A stretch of 7,099 bases of DNA from Octopus sinensis (taxonomy: Eukaryota), in the NCBI RefSeq assembly GCF_006345805.1, contig NW_021828991.1:1-7099 (forward strand), written 5' to 3'. The notes under the pieces are model-generated. The model did no database searches and was not told the DNA's origin. It worked only from the letters and a program-made list of their open reading frames with translations. The translations under genes and the position numbers were made by a program. Below, piece by piece: positions 7,013 to 7,099 of this stretch (positions are counted from its first letter, which is position 1; each line of letters begins with the position of its first letter).

Positions 7013-7099
7013 GATCATCACTACTTTACACGCCGTTCTTGTCTTTTGGCTCTAAGGCCCTATTTTGCTCCCTTCCTAGCTATTCTGTTTGATTTGTTT

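Overview
AT-rich, microsatellite-laden eukaryotic non-coding DNA. The SINE types suggest a cephalopod (Octopus-like) genome; this is recognition from memory, not a database result. No intact protein-coding gene is supported. The window is a mosaic of mobile-element relics: a 5'-truncated L1/Tx1-like LINE 3' end (minus, 568-1318), a complete non-autonomous Helitron (about 4191-4578), two tRNA-derived SINEs (5061-5248 minus, 5443-5860 plus) and a truncated mariner (6536-6884 minus). The most interesting item is a 496-bp insertion (2598-3093) made of about 1.4 tandem copies of a 357-nt, highly structured unit. It carries a minimal type I hammerhead ribozyme with a compensatory U3-A8 core and is flanked by a target-site-like duplication, so it is a candidate non-LTR retrozyme (circular-RNA retroelement). 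A second, degenerate Penelope-type hammerhead motif lies at 3744-3781. A roughly 113-bp inverted repeat pair (2253-2365 / 3817-3928) brackets both ribozymes.
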